Part shown: positions 18,646 through 28,592 of the stretch, piece after piece
Position numbering within the stretch: position 1 is the stretch's first letter
Layout of the letters: the number at the start of each line of letters is the position of its first letter
Source of the DNA: Thermoproteota archaeon
GTDB lineage: Archaea > Asgardarchaeota > Jordiarchaeia > Jordiarchaeales > Freyrarchaeaceae
Direction of reading: 5' to 3'
Length of the DNA: 63,312 nucleotides
NCBI GenBank assembly: GCA_029258835.1
Contig: JAPDJY010000048.1
Location: forward strand, 1 to 63,312
Translations under genes and position numbers: made by a program
The notes under the pieces: generated by a model
Databases searched by the model: none
What the model was told of the DNA's origin: nothing
What the model saw: the letters and a program-made list of their open reading frames with translations, nothing else

Positions 18646-19835
18646 GGGATATACCCTTGAAATGTGACGTTTTAGTTGTCGGCGGCGGTCCTGCCGGATT
18701 AATATGTGCTGAGCGTCTCGCTAAGGCAGGGTTGAGTGTAGTGGTAGCCGACAAGAACGAGACTCCTAACAAGGATAAGCCGTGTGGAGGCATGCTGACC
18801 GAGAGGGCCTTAAGAGAATTTAGGATAAGCCCCAAGGTGGTTGAAAGGGAAATCTATGGCGTTCTCGTGGCGCTAAGAGAGGGATGCTTTCACGTCGACT
18901 ATAATGAGAGGGTAGGAGGAAACGTGGATCGAAGTGGTTTAGGGCGTTATCTCGCTGAAAGGGTTGAGGAGGCTGGAGGCACTATTGTAACCAAGGAGAG
19001 AATATTAAATGTTTACGTAGATGACGACTACGTTAAAGGCACCGGGAAAAGAGATTACATATCCGAGTTCGTCGTTTTTGCTGATGGAGTACATTCCCTT
19101 GCAAGAAGAGTAATGGGTTGGCGGTGGCGGAAAGATCAGCTTGGACTTTGCGTCCAGTACTTAGTGAGGATGAACGAGGAGAGGGTGAATGAAGTTTTCG
19201 GATATAGAAATCATTTCTATTATGGTAGCGATATTTCACCATTCGGTTATGGATGGATGTTCCCAAGGAGAAACGTGGTAGTCATTGGTGTAGGAGCCCT
19301 ACTGTCAAAGGTCACCTCCCCCCTAAAGAAATACTTAGACTATCTTCTTAGTAAGCATCCTTTATCCTCCCCTAAACTGAGAGGAGGAGAAATTCTACGT
19401 TTTGAAGCAGCCTTAGTTCCCCTCTCCGGAATAATGGGTAAGATCTCTGGGTGGAGGACTATCGTTGTTGGCGACGCTGCTGGGGCGGTGTCCTCAATTA
19501 CGGGGGAGGGAATGTATTATGGAATGAAAAGCGGCTTAATTGGAGCCGAGGTGGTGGTTAAAGCGTATGAGGAGGAAAACCCCTCAGAGAAGCGCATGGA
19601 ACAGTACGACAGGCGGCTTAAAGCAGAGATTGGAAGCGACATGAAGTGGAGCTTATGGCTTAGAAACTTTTTCATGGAAAGAAGAAGCGGCGTAGTGAAT
19701 ACTTCATCCTCCAGCCTACAAAGAGTAATTTCTGACTTAATTATTGGACGCAAAAGTTGCAAGAAGGCGATTATGGACGCGTTGCCTCTCGTCGCACTAA
19801 ACCTGATAAAAAGGAAAATTATTGGAAACCGCTAA
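18642..19835 (+). CDS. Geranylgeranyl reductase family flavoprotein
   Basis: GGGPAG, KPCGG, GYGWMFP, VGDAAG...GEGM. Confidence 0.9.
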   Translation: MRDIPLKCDVLVVGGGPAGLICAERLAKAGLSVVVADKNETPNKDKPCGGMLTERALREFRISPKVVEREIYGVLVALREGCFHVDYNERVGGNVDRSGLGRYLAERVEEAGGTIVTKERILNVYVDDDYVKGTGKRDYISEFVVFADGVHSLARRVMGWRWRKDQLGLCVQYLVRMNEERVNEVFGYRNHFYYGSDISPFGYGWMFPRRNVVVIGVGALLSKVTSPLKKYLDYLLSKHPLSSPKLRGGEILRFEAALVPLSGIMGKISGWRTIVVGDAAGAVSSITGEGMYYGMKSGLIGAEVVVKAYEEENPSEKRMEQYDRRLKAEIGSDMKWSLWLRNFFMERRSGVVNTSSSSLQRVISDLIIGRKSCKKAIMDALPLVALNLIKRKIIGNR

Positions 19836-19866
19836 CTTTTATTAGCCCTCCATCTATAAGGGTTCA

Positions 19867-19933
19867 TGCGGATGAGGGAAACTGACCTGGACGGAGCCTT
19901 CAGGCCATGATGAAATGCATCTCCCCCGACGCA
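19867..19933 (+). ncRNA. Candidate box C/D sRNA
   Basis: CGGATGA - 12 nt - TGGA ... ATGATGA - 12 nt - CCGA, with TGCG/CGCA ends and a TATA-like TTTTATTA ~25 nt upstream. Confidence 0.5.
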
Positions 19934-19981
19934 CTGTCACCCACCACTTTCAAGGGGGTTAACATCTACGAGGGTTTCACG

Positions 19982-20257
19982 GTGAAGGTCAAGTTAAGGC
20001 TTTTCCCGTCACTAGCAAGGGCCCTCAACACTTCTATCTTGGAGGTAAAGGTTAACGATGGGGGCACGGTCAGGGATGTGCTCCTAGCTGCTTTTAAAGA
20101 GCAACGTTTACGTGACATGATAATTGAAGGCGAGAAAATCGCACCCGGGGTACTCGTCCTGCTTAACGACAAAGATGTAAGGCTACTTCGAGGATTGGAA
20201 ACCATTGTACGTGATGGAGACGTGATAACCCTCTTAGCAGTTACTCATGGTGGATAG
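19982..20257 (+). CDS. MoaD/SAMP ubiquitin-like sulfur carrier
   Basis: Beta-grasp pattern, C-terminal GG; GTG start after RBS. Confidence 0.88.
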   Translation: MKVKLRLFPSLARALNTSILEVKVNDGGTVRDVLLAAFKEQRLRDMIIEGEKIAPGVLVLLNDKDVRLLRGLETIVRDGDVITLLAVTHGG

Positions 20258-20355
20258 CCGCGCTCGCCGATCCTACAAAATTTAAATAGGAAAACCCTTC
20301 TTCTGGGAATTAAATCTTTAAATTGCCTTTATCCTGTTTCTCTGGAGGGTCTAAG

Positions 20356-20790
20356 ATGTATAAGAAAATGCTTGTAGCGTTAGATGGCTCGGAGACCGCG
20401 GAGCGTGCGTTAGAAAAGGCAATAGAGTTTGCAAAGTTATGTGGCTCCCAACTTATCCTCCTGAATGTTATTAAAACCGAAGATTTTGAGATAGTAAAGA
20501 ACTACTCGGAATCATCATACGACCTAGTGAAAAGCTACTTAAGCCAGTCAGCCGAGAAGATGCTGGGTGAAGCTGAAGAGAAAGCTAAAAGAAAAGGCGT
20601 GGAAGACGTTGTGAAGCTAGTTCTCTTCGGTGACCCAGCAGATACTATTGTTAACGTGTCCGAGACAGAAAACGTAGACCTAATAGTTATGGGAACAAGA
20701 GGGCTAACTGGGGTGAAAAGGATCGTTCTGGGAAGCACGGCTCAGAAGGTGATCAGGTGGAGTAAAAGGGACGTGCTTGTAGTTCACTAA
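20356..20790 (+). CDS. Universal stress protein (UspA family)
   Basis: LVALDGS, DLIVMGTRGLTG..LGS. Confidence 0.92.
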   Translation: MYKKMLVALDGSETAERALEKAIEFAKLCGSQLILLNVIKTEDFEIVKNYSESSYDLVKSYLSQSAEKMLGEAEEKAKRKGVEDVVKLVLFGDPADTIVNVSETENVDLIVMGTRGLTGVKRIVLGSTAQKVIRWSKRDVLVVH

Positions 20791-20817
20791 CTCCCTTCTT
20801 CTTTCCCTTTGGAAGGA

Positions 20818-21387
20818 TTAAAGCCCTATTTGCTCTGCTACCTTCTTCATCCCTCTTAAGGCAACTTCTAGAAACTTGTCAAGCGGCATTCCTGCATCCT
20901 CACAGAAAAGGATTCTCTCTCGGTCAACACCACGTGCAAAATCCTTCGCCTTAAACTTTTTCTTTAAACTTTTAACTTTCACCTCTCCAAGCTTCTTACC
21001 CGGCATAACCAACGCTGTAGCCACTATCAACCCCGATACTGCATCAGATGCCACCAAGAATTTCTCGAGGAGCGTCTCCGGCTTCTCCCCGGTATGTTCG
21101 AAGTTATGGGACCTGATCGCTCTGATGATGTCATCTGAAACCTTGCCTTTTAGGATCTCACTTGCTATCTGAGTGTGCTTTTCAGGGTTACCCTCAGTCA
21201 AGTCGAAGTCAAGGTCATGTAATAGCCCCACTAACCCCCACTTCTCCTCGTCCCCTCCAACCTCCCTAGCAATTTCCCTCATGATAGCCTCAACGGCTAA
21301 CACATGCTTGAAATGCCTCGGATTCTTAACATGCTCTTTAACGAGCGATAAGGCTTCCCCTCTGTCCATTTCCACCACCTCCACCAA
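20818..21387 (-). CDS. HD-domain phosphohydrolase (HDIG)
   Basis: GLLHDLD, KDFARGVDRE. Confidence 0.88.
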   Translation of the reverse strand: MVEVVEMDRGEALSLVKEHVKNPRHFKHVLAVEAIMREIAREVGGDEEKWGLVGLLHDLDFDLTEGNPEKHTQIASEILKGKVSDDIIRAIRSHNFEHTGEKPETLLEKFLVASDAVSGLIVATALVMPGKKLGEVKVKSLKKKFKAKDFARGVDRERILFCEDAGMPLDKFLEVALRGMKKVAEQIGL

Positions 21388-21433
21388 CGTAAGCTTATTA
21401 AGGTAGTCTTTTAAAAGTTCAGGAGGATAGCGG

Positions 21434-22603
21434 GTGTTGCCTTTGACTGGAAAGGTTGCTCTAGTCTATTCCGACGAATACTTAAAGTATTTCCTAGGGA
21501 AAAGCCATCCTCTACGTCCTCAGAGACTCAAGCTTACAGTAGAACTCATGAGAGAAATAGGCCTCCTAGATCATCCTGACCTAGTGCTCGTTGAGCCCAG
21601 AATGGCGAGCCTAGACGAGCTCAAACTGGTTCATAGTGACGCATACCTCCAGCGCGTTAAGGAAATGGACAAGTTGGGTAGAGGATACCTTGACTACGGT
21701 GACACCCCTGCTTTCAGGGGGATGTTTGAAGCATCGTCCCTCATCGTAGGCGGATCCATTAAAGCCGCTGAGCTGATTGTCAGTGGCCGCGTCCTCCACT
21801 CGTTCAACATAGGGGGAGGGCTTCACCATGCTGCTAGGGACCGAGCTGCAGGCTTCTGCATTTTCAATGATGTGGCAATAACAGCAAGGTACCTCCAAAA
21901 GAAGCATGGATTTAAAAGAATAATGATCATAGATATAGATTGTCATCATGCAGATGGAACGCAGGAAGTATTCTACTCGGATCCTAGTGTTCTTACGGTG
22001 TCTTTTCACGAAGATGGGCGATTCCTTTACCCTGGAAGTGGCTTCATCGAAGAGGTTGGGGCTGGAGAGGGAAGGGGGTACTCTGTTAATGTTCCTCTGC
22101 CTCCATACACCTTTACGGAAGCATACCTTTATGCGTACAAGGAAATAGTTCCCCCGCTAGTAGAATCCTATAAGCCAGAAATAATAATCCAGCAATGCGG
22201 CGTCGACACACACTTTAGAGATCCGCTAACGACGGAAGCTGTAAGTTTGGATTGCTACGAGAAGATAATCGAAATCCTCCACGATCTTGCCCATAAGACA
22301 ACCGGAGGAAAACTCATTCTTCTCGGTGGAGGAGGATACGAAATAGGGTGCGTAGCTAAGGCATGGACGTTAATTACGTGTAAGATCCTAGGTGTAACCC
22401 CTCCAAAGGAGACCCCGTACTTCTGGAGGGACCTTTACATAAGAAACGCTCTTGAAATAGGAGAAACCCCCCACGAACCCGAGAGCATGTATGACAATGA
22501 AAGGCCTCCTCTCTCATACGAGAGAGAAAAAATACTAACAGTAGTTAAAGGCATAGTTAACTCCGTTAAAAAAACAATATCCTCCCATGCTCCCCTATTT
22601 TAG
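21434..22603 (+). CDS. Histone deacetylase / AcuC family deacetylase
   Basis: GGGLHHA, GFCIFND, IDIDCHHADG, GGGGY. Confidence 0.93.
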   Translation: MLPLTGKVALVYSDEYLKYFLGKSHPLRPQRLKLTVELMREIGLLDHPDLVLVEPRMASLDELKLVHSDAYLQRVKEMDKLGRGYLDYGDTPAFRGMFEASSLIVGGSIKAAELIVSGRVLHSFNIGGGLHHAARDRAAGFCIFNDVAITARYLQKKHGFKRIMIIDIDCHHADGTQEVFYSDPSVLTVSFHEDGRFLYPGSGFIEEVGAGEGRGYSVNVPLPPYTFTEAYLYAYKEIVPPLVESYKPEIIIQQCGVDTHFRDPLTTEAVSLDCYEKIIEILHDLAHKTTGGKLILLGGGGYEIGCVAKAWTLITCKILGVTPPKETPYFWRDLYIRNALEIGETPHEPESMYDNERPPLSYEREKILTVVKGIVNSVKKTISSHAPLF

Positions 22604-22659
22604 GGGGAAGCTTTTTTTATCATTTTTATCTCTTAAATCCTTCTCCTTATCTCTTAGTG

Positions 22660-23253
22660 TTATGTTGTTATCCCCTCTGACTTTAAGATCCTCTCTGGGA
22701 GCTTATCTTTCCATTCCATTAGAAACTCCTTGTCCTCCTTCTTGTTACGAAGGTCATCTGGTAACATGTGCGGTATTGTTTCAATGATTGGATACCACCT
22801 TCCACACTTCTCACAAATCAAAACGCCGCTTTTCACGTTAACTTTAAACGCAAGCCAGTTCGCCAAGTACACCATGTTCTCAAGCTTCTCGTCCAACTTT
22901 GCGGGAGCCCTAAAGTTTACGATGTCTGTTATAAGCTCAGATGATGCTCCTGTTAGATCCGTTATATGCTTAAATATACTCTCTATCTTTTCCTTGAAGG
23001 CGTCAACGTATTTTTTGACGTCAAGAGGCTTCCTAACTAATTCGTCCTCAATGACGCCCTTTTCTTCATCAATTTTCACATTGTCCTTCAATTCCTTCTT
23101 AATCGCTTTCACGTCACCAGAAACGTAGCCTTTAGCCACACTGGATATGCGTTTCTCGTCATCGCGCTCCCACTCGAAAATTGAAAGCTTAAGGGGATAA
23201 TATTTGCATCCATCAGCCGGACATGCCAAAATGTCGAGCAACCACAACCGCAT
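22660..23253 (-). CDS. Trm112-like methyltransferase activator with a long helical insert
   Basis: LLDILACP...PLKL N-terminus and GVLICEKCGRWYPIIETIPHML C-terminus. Confidence 0.8.
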   Translation of the reverse strand: MRLWLLDILACPADGCKYYPLKLSIFEWERDDEKRISSVAKGYVSGDVKAIKKELKDNVKIDEEKGVIEDELVRKPLDVKKYVDAFKEKIESIFKHITDLTGASSELITDIVNFRAPAKLDEKLENMVYLANWLAFKVNVKSGVLICEKCGRWYPIIETIPHMLPDDLRNKKEDKEFLMEWKDKLPERILKSEGITT

Positions 23254-23710
23254 TCTTGCTCCCCCTACTAAGCAACTCGAACATTGCAGAATTACGAAGT
23301 CCTTAACCGCGGACTTTCCTAAAAAGGTTTCGTATCGTTGCCTTGCCGCCTGTTACCCTTCTGCATCTGAACTTTCACCTACGATTGCTAATTCATCGTT
23401 GGAAAGACCAATCAACAATATTACCCCACTCACATTTTCTTCTGTCTCTATGTTTTGCATTTAATAAGCTCCCTCAGCAAAATGAAAAACGTAAAACGTT
23501 AAGAATTAGGAAGGAAGTCAGATGTAGGAAGCAAACTCATGTAGCAAGGCATTAATGGTAAAATTTTTTAGTAAACGTCGGAAGGTTCTTAATTGACGGC
23601 TGCCATGCTGAAAAGTAATCTCCTGTTTTAACTTCGGTTTAACAAATGGTTGACAGGACGTTGCTCTCCTAATTAGGATTAGGAGAAGTAATGTAATAGG
23701 GAGTAGAATT

Positions 23711-26446
23711 GTGATGGCTGTCATGTGGCATTCCCTCAGGATAGATGAGGCATTTAAGAAATTGAGAGTAACTGAAAAGGGGCTAACTTCCGATGAGGCT
23801 AGCTCCCGTCTTAAAGAGTACGGTTTTAACGAGATCGAGGAAGCAGGTAAGCGCTCGCTGGCTACCATGTTCCTAGACCAATTTAAAAGTTTCTTAATTC
23901 TTATCTTAATAATTGCAGCTTTGATCTCTCTTGTTTTAGGCGACCTAGCTGACGCAGGGGTAATATCCTTCGTCCTCCTCATGAATGCCCTTTTAGGTTT
24001 TTACCAAGAATATAAGGCGGAGCAGGCTGTTGAAGCACTAAAGAGGCTCGTTGCTCCTCACGCTAAAGTTATACGTAACGGCGAGAAGGTTGAAATTCCT
24101 GCTAGAGAAATTGTTCCTGGGGATCTGGTTCTGCTAGAAATGGGTGACCGTGTACCCGCAGACTTAAGACTCATTGAAACACTAAACCTGCAAATTGACG
24201 AGGCCACGTTAACAGGCGAATCTACTCCCGTCTTAAAAAATGCGGACGCTGTTTTAGACGTGAAAACACCACTTAACGACAGAGTAAACATGGCTTATAT
24301 GGGAACTGTCGTCGTCAAAGGTCGCGGAATGGGAATTACTGTTGCTACCGGCATGAAAACCGAGCTAGGAAAAGTCGCCACCCTCGTCCAAACAGTCGAA
24401 GAAGAAGAGACTCCACTTCAGAAAAGGTTAGGGGAACTCGGTAGGAAACTCGGCTTAATCGTTATAATGGCTTGTGGGATAATCTTTTTGGCAGGATTTC
24501 TGAGAGGAACGGAGGTGCTTGAGCTTTTCTTGGCATCTGTAAGCCTCGCGGTAGCTGTGGTTCCTGAAAGCTTACCGGCGATAGTTACGATCACCCTTGC
24601 GCTGGGAGTTCAGCGGATGGCGAAGAAGAACGCTATAGTTCGAAAGCTTCCTGCGGTGGAAACCCTCGGATGCGCGACGATTATATGCAGCGATAAGACT
24701 GGAACAATAACTAAGAATGAAATGGTTGTACGTGAAGTTTTCATTCCAGATAAGAGAATACCCCTTAAAAAAGGAGAAGTCGAAAAAACATCCGACACCG
24801 AGCTGCAGCATTTATCTTTTTTATTTAAAATTGCAACATTATGCAACGATGCTGAGGTAAAAAGCGAAGATGGAAACATGCTGATCATAGGAGATCCAAC
24901 TGAAGGTGCATTACTCCTAGCAGCGTTAGATCTAGGAATAGACGTAAGGCGGTTAAGGGAGGAAAACCCCCGAATATACGAGTTTCCTTTTGAGCCCGAA
25001 CGTAAGCGGATGGAAACCATCAACAAGTGGATGGATGAACGTGCCATTGTCTGCGTTAAAGGCGCACCTGAAGTGATCTTGGAATCTTCCTCATACTTCA
25101 TGGAAAATGGTGAAATCAAACGGATGAGTGATGAGCGTAGGAACAAGATACTAGAAGAAAACCATGTGATGGCCGAAAAGGCATTGCGTGTCTTGGCAGT
25201 GGCATACAAAGAAGTTGAAATGCGGAGCAAGTACAGCATGGAGGAAGTTGAAGATGACTTAATATTTCTTGGATTGATTGGAATAATGGATCCTCCAAGG
25301 GAAGAGGCTAAACATTCAGTTGAGAAATGCAGGGATGCAGGAATAAAGGTCGTCATGATTACGGGAGACAATGTGTGGACGGCTGAGGCTATCGCCAGAG
25401 AGGTTGGAATATTTGAGGAAGGAAAGCAAGTGCTGACAGGAGTTGAACTAGAGGAGATGGATGTCAGCGAGCTTGAAGAGGTTGTTGATGACGTAGCAGT
25501 CTACGCCCGCGTTTCCCCCGAGCATAAGCTGAAAATAGTCTCTGCCCTTAAAAACAAGGGGCACGTGGTCGCGATGACAGGCGACGGGGCAAACGATGCT
25601 CCAGCACTGAAGAAGGCGGATATAGGCGTAGCAATGGGCATTACAGGAACAGACGTGTCCAAGGAAGCCGCGGACATGGTACTTAGCGATGATAACTTCG
25701 CTACGATAGTTACAGCAGTTGAGGAAGGACGAACAATATACGAAAACATCAGGAAATCAGTTTTTTACCTGCTTGCTACAAATGCAGGTGAGCTCTTAAC
25801 AATATTCGTTGCGATGGTCCTCGGCTTCCCATTGCCTTTAACAGCAGCTCAAATCTTATGGATAAACTTGGTTACAGATAGTTTTCCAGCCCTTGCCTTA
25901 TCCGTGGAGCCACCCGAGGCAGACATAATGAAACGGCCTCCCCGAAACCCGAAGACCCCCATGATAACTAAGGGGTCAGCTATGGAGCTCGCCGGCTGCG
26001 GCATTTTAATGGCCTGTGTAACATTGCTTGTTTACTCCACGAGGCTCTGGAATGAATTCGGCTTTAATTACGAAGAAGCCCGGGCCTTAGCATTTGTAAC
26101 TTTAATAATGTTTCAACTGTTCAACGCTATAAACTACAGGTCAGAGAAAATCTCCATTTTTAAGTTGAATCCTTTCTCGAATAAGTATTTAGTACTAGCA
26201 TTAATGGTTTCGTTCGTATTGCAGCTTCTTGTAATATACGTACCCAGCCTCCAGCCATTGTTTAAGACGTTCCCCCTATCGGTACGGGACTGGGTTACAG
26301 TGCTTTTAGCGGCATCGACTATAATCCTGCTCTATGAACTTAAGAAAGCGTATCAGAGGAAGATTTCGAAAGAAACGGCGGCTAAAGAAAGGTTAGTGAA
26401 ACATTTTTCCCTTAAATCAAACCACTCAACTCCTCTAAATTTTTAA
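23711..26446 (+). CDS. P-type cation (Ca2+-like, P2A) ATPase
   Basis: TGES, DKTGT, KGAPE, DPPR, TGDGANDAPALK. Confidence 0.95.
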   Translation: MMAVMWHSLRIDEAFKKLRVTEKGLTSDEASSRLKEYGFNEIEEAGKRSLATMFLDQFKSFLILILIIAALISLVLGDLADAGVISFVLLMNALLGFYQEYKAEQAVEALKRLVAPHAKVIRNGEKVEIPAREIVPGDLVLLEMGDRVPADLRLIETLNLQIDEATLTGESTPVLKNADAVLDVKTPLNDRVNMAYMGTVVVKGRGMGITVATGMKTELGKVATLVQTVEEEETPLQKRLGELGRKLGLIVIMACGIIFLAGFLRGTEVLELFLASVSLAVAVVPESLPAIVTITLALGVQRMAKKNAIVRKLPAVETLGCATIICSDKTGTITKNEMVVREVFIPDKRIPLKKGEVEKTSDTELQHLSFLFKIATLCNDAEVKSEDGNMLIIGDPTEGALLLAALDLGIDVRRLREENPRIYEFPFEPERKRMETINKWMDERAIVCVKGAPEVILESSSYFMENGEIKRMSDERRNKILEENHVMAEKALRVLAVAYKEVEMRSKYSMEEVEDDLIFLGLIGIMDPPREEAKHSVEKCRDAGIKVVMITGDNVWTAEAIAREVGIFEEGKQVLTGVELEEMDVSELEEVVDDVAVYARVSPEHKLKIVSALKNKGHVVAMTGDGANDAPALKKADIGVAMGITGTDVSKEAADMVLSDDNFATIVTAVEEGRTIYENIRKSVFYLLATNAGELLTIFVAMVLGFPLPLTAAQILWINLVTDSFPALALSVEPPEADIMKRPPRNPKTPMITKGSAMELAGCGILMACVTLLVYSTRLWNEFGFNYEEARALAFVTLIMFQLFNAINYRSEKISIFKLNPFSNKYLVLALMVSFVLQLLVIYVPSLQPLFKTFPLSVRDWVTVLLAASTIILLYELKKAYQRKISKETAAKERLVKHFSLKSNHSTPLNF

Positions 26447-26485
26447 AAGGGTGTTAAAAACTAACTATGCTGGGGGACATGTACA

Positions 26486-28588
26486 TTGACATCCCTTGAT
26501 TTTTTCTTTAACCCTTCAGGTGTTGCCGTGATAGGTGCTTCTAGGACGAGAGGGAAAGTAGGTTACGAGGTCATAAGAAATGTTATAGAGTGCGGTTATC
26601 CTGGAAAAGTTTTCCCTGTGAATCCAAATGCTAAGCGGATATTTGGACTGACATGTTACCCCTCCGTAGAGGACATTGGGGAGACGGTTGATTTAGCAGT
26701 TATAACGGTGCCTGCTAGAATTGTTCCGGATGTGGTTGAGAAATGTGGGAAAGCCGGAGTTAAAGGAGTGGTCGTTATAAGTGCTGGATTTAAGGAGATC
26801 GGTTATGAGGGTGCTAAACTGGAAGAAAAACTGGTATCTATCGTAAAGGAGTATGGCATGAGGCTGCTTGGACCTAACGTTGTAGGCATTATAGACACGT
26901 TCACTCCCCTTAATGCTAGTTTCACCGCTAAAACTCCCTTAAAAGGTAACATTGCTTTCGCATCTCAAAGTGGAGCAATGCTTACCTCGATTTTAGACTG
27001 GGCTCTCTCTGAGGGAATCGGATTCAGTAAAATTATCAGTTTAGGCAATAAAGCTGATTTGGATGAATCAGACGTGATAGAGGCGTTAGCCGAAGACAAT
27101 AAGAGTAAAGTTATCCTCTTATACCTAGAAGACGTCCGGAGAGGGCAACGATTCTTTGACGTCGCTAAAAAGGTGGTTAAAAAGAAACCTGTAATCGTTC
27201 TTAAGTCGGGTAGAAGTGAGGCTGGCGCTCGGGCAGTATCGTCCCATACAGGCTCTCTAGCCGGCAGCGATAGAGCCTACAATACAGCCTTCGAGCAAAT
27301 AGGTGTGCTTAGGATAGATGAAGTAGAAGATCTTTTCAACCTGGCTGTAGCTTTCTCTAAGCAACCAGTACCTGATGGCGAAGGTATAGCCATAGTTACG
27401 AATGCTGGTGGGCCAGGGATCATCGCTACCGATGCCTGCGAAAGAAGCGGTGTGAAGCTGGCTCGTTTCAAAAGCGATACCATTGAAGCCCTCCGTTCCA
27501 TTCTTCCCCCCGCTGCCGCCATATATAACCCAGTAGATGTCTTAGGGGACGCCGACGATGCACGCTACAAGGCTGCCCTGGAAGCTGTCCTTAACGATTC
27601 AAACGTTGCAGGTTGCCTTGTGATATTAACTCCTCAAGCGATGACAAAGGCGATGGAGACAGCAGTTGCTCTTGTTGAACTTGGAAAAATATATAGGAAG
27701 CCCATTTTAGCTTCCTTCATGGGTGGCGAAGAAGTTCTTGAAGCAAGCAAGCTTCTCGTAGAGAGCGGGATTCCCTGCTACCTGTTTCCTGAAAAAGCTG
27801 TTAAGGCCTTGTCAAGCATGTTTAGATATGCTAAGATCATCAAGAAGCATGAAGATGAGTACGTCACCTTCGAAGTAGATAAGGACCTAGTTAAGTCTGT
27901 TTTCAAGGCAGTGTACGGTGATAGGCGCGTCGCTCTATTAGCCCATGAAGCCTTCTCTGTGGTTAGAGCCTACGGCATCCCAGCTCCGCGAATAGCATTA
28001 GCTAGAAGCGCAGACGAAGCAGTGAGGATTGCAGAAAAAACCGGTTATCCTGTTGCTTTGAAGGTTGCCTCCCCACAAATACTTCATAAAACGGATATAG
28101 GCGGAGTAGTGTTAAACATAAGTAACGCCAAAGACGTCAGGAAGGAGTACTATAACATTCTTTCGAACACCCACAAGTACGCCCCTCAAGCTAGCGTCTA
28201 CGGCGTTTACGTCCAGAGGATGGTCGATCAGGGAAAGGAATTCATCGTAGGTATGAGCCGCGATTTAACATGGGGGCCTATGTTAATGTTCGGCCTAGGT
28301 GGAATTTATGTTAACCTCTTAGAAGACGTTTCCTTTAGGATTGCCCCCGTGTCGAGGCAGGAAGCTATACAGATGATCTCGGAAACTAGAGCTTATAGGC
28401 TCATTCAAGGTATTCGAGGAGAACCACCTTTAGACTTGGATGCAATAATAGATGTTGTCCTCAGGGTCTCGCAACTGGTAACAGACTTCCCTAACATAAA
28501 TGAAATCGATATAAATCCTCTTTTCGCATACCAGAAGGGGTGCCTTGCTTTAGACGTAAAAATAACTCTTAAAAAAATGGAGGTTTAA
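26486..28588 (+). CDS. ADP-forming acetate/acyl-CoA ligase (fused alpha-beta)
   Basis: SQSGA, SHTGSLAG, TNAGGPG, NPVD, HKTDIGGV ATP-grasp. Confidence 0.92.
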   Translation: MTSLDFFFNPSGVAVIGASRTRGKVGYEVIRNVIECGYPGKVFPVNPNAKRIFGLTCYPSVEDIGETVDLAVITVPARIVPDVVEKCGKAGVKGVVVISAGFKEIGYEGAKLEEKLVSIVKEYGMRLLGPNVVGIIDTFTPLNASFTAKTPLKGNIAFASQSGAMLTSILDWALSEGIGFSKIISLGNKADLDESDVIEALAEDNKSKVILLYLEDVRRGQRFFDVAKKVVKKKPVIVLKSGRSEAGARAVSSHTGSLAGSDRAYNTAFEQIGVLRIDEVEDLFNLAVAFSKQPVPDGEGIAIVTNAGGPGIIATDACERSGVKLARFKSDTIEALRSILPPAAAIYNPVDVLGDADDARYKAALEAVLNDSNVAGCLVILTPQAMTKAMETAVALVELGKIYRKPILASFMGGEEVLEASKLLVESGIPCYLFPEKAVKALSSMFRYAKIIKKHEDEYVTFEVDKDLVKSVFKAVYGDRRVALLAHEAFSVVRAYGIPAPRIALARSADEAVRIAEKTGYPVALKVASPQILHKTDIGGVVLNISNAKDVRKEYYNILSNTHKYAPQASVYGVYVQRMVDQGKEFIVGMSRDLTWGPMLMFGLGGIYVNLLEDVSFRIAPVSRQEAIQMISETRAYRLIQGIRGEPPLDLDAIIDVVLRVSQLVTDFPNINEIDINPLFAYQKGCLALDVKITLKKMEV

Positions 28589-28592
28589 GATT

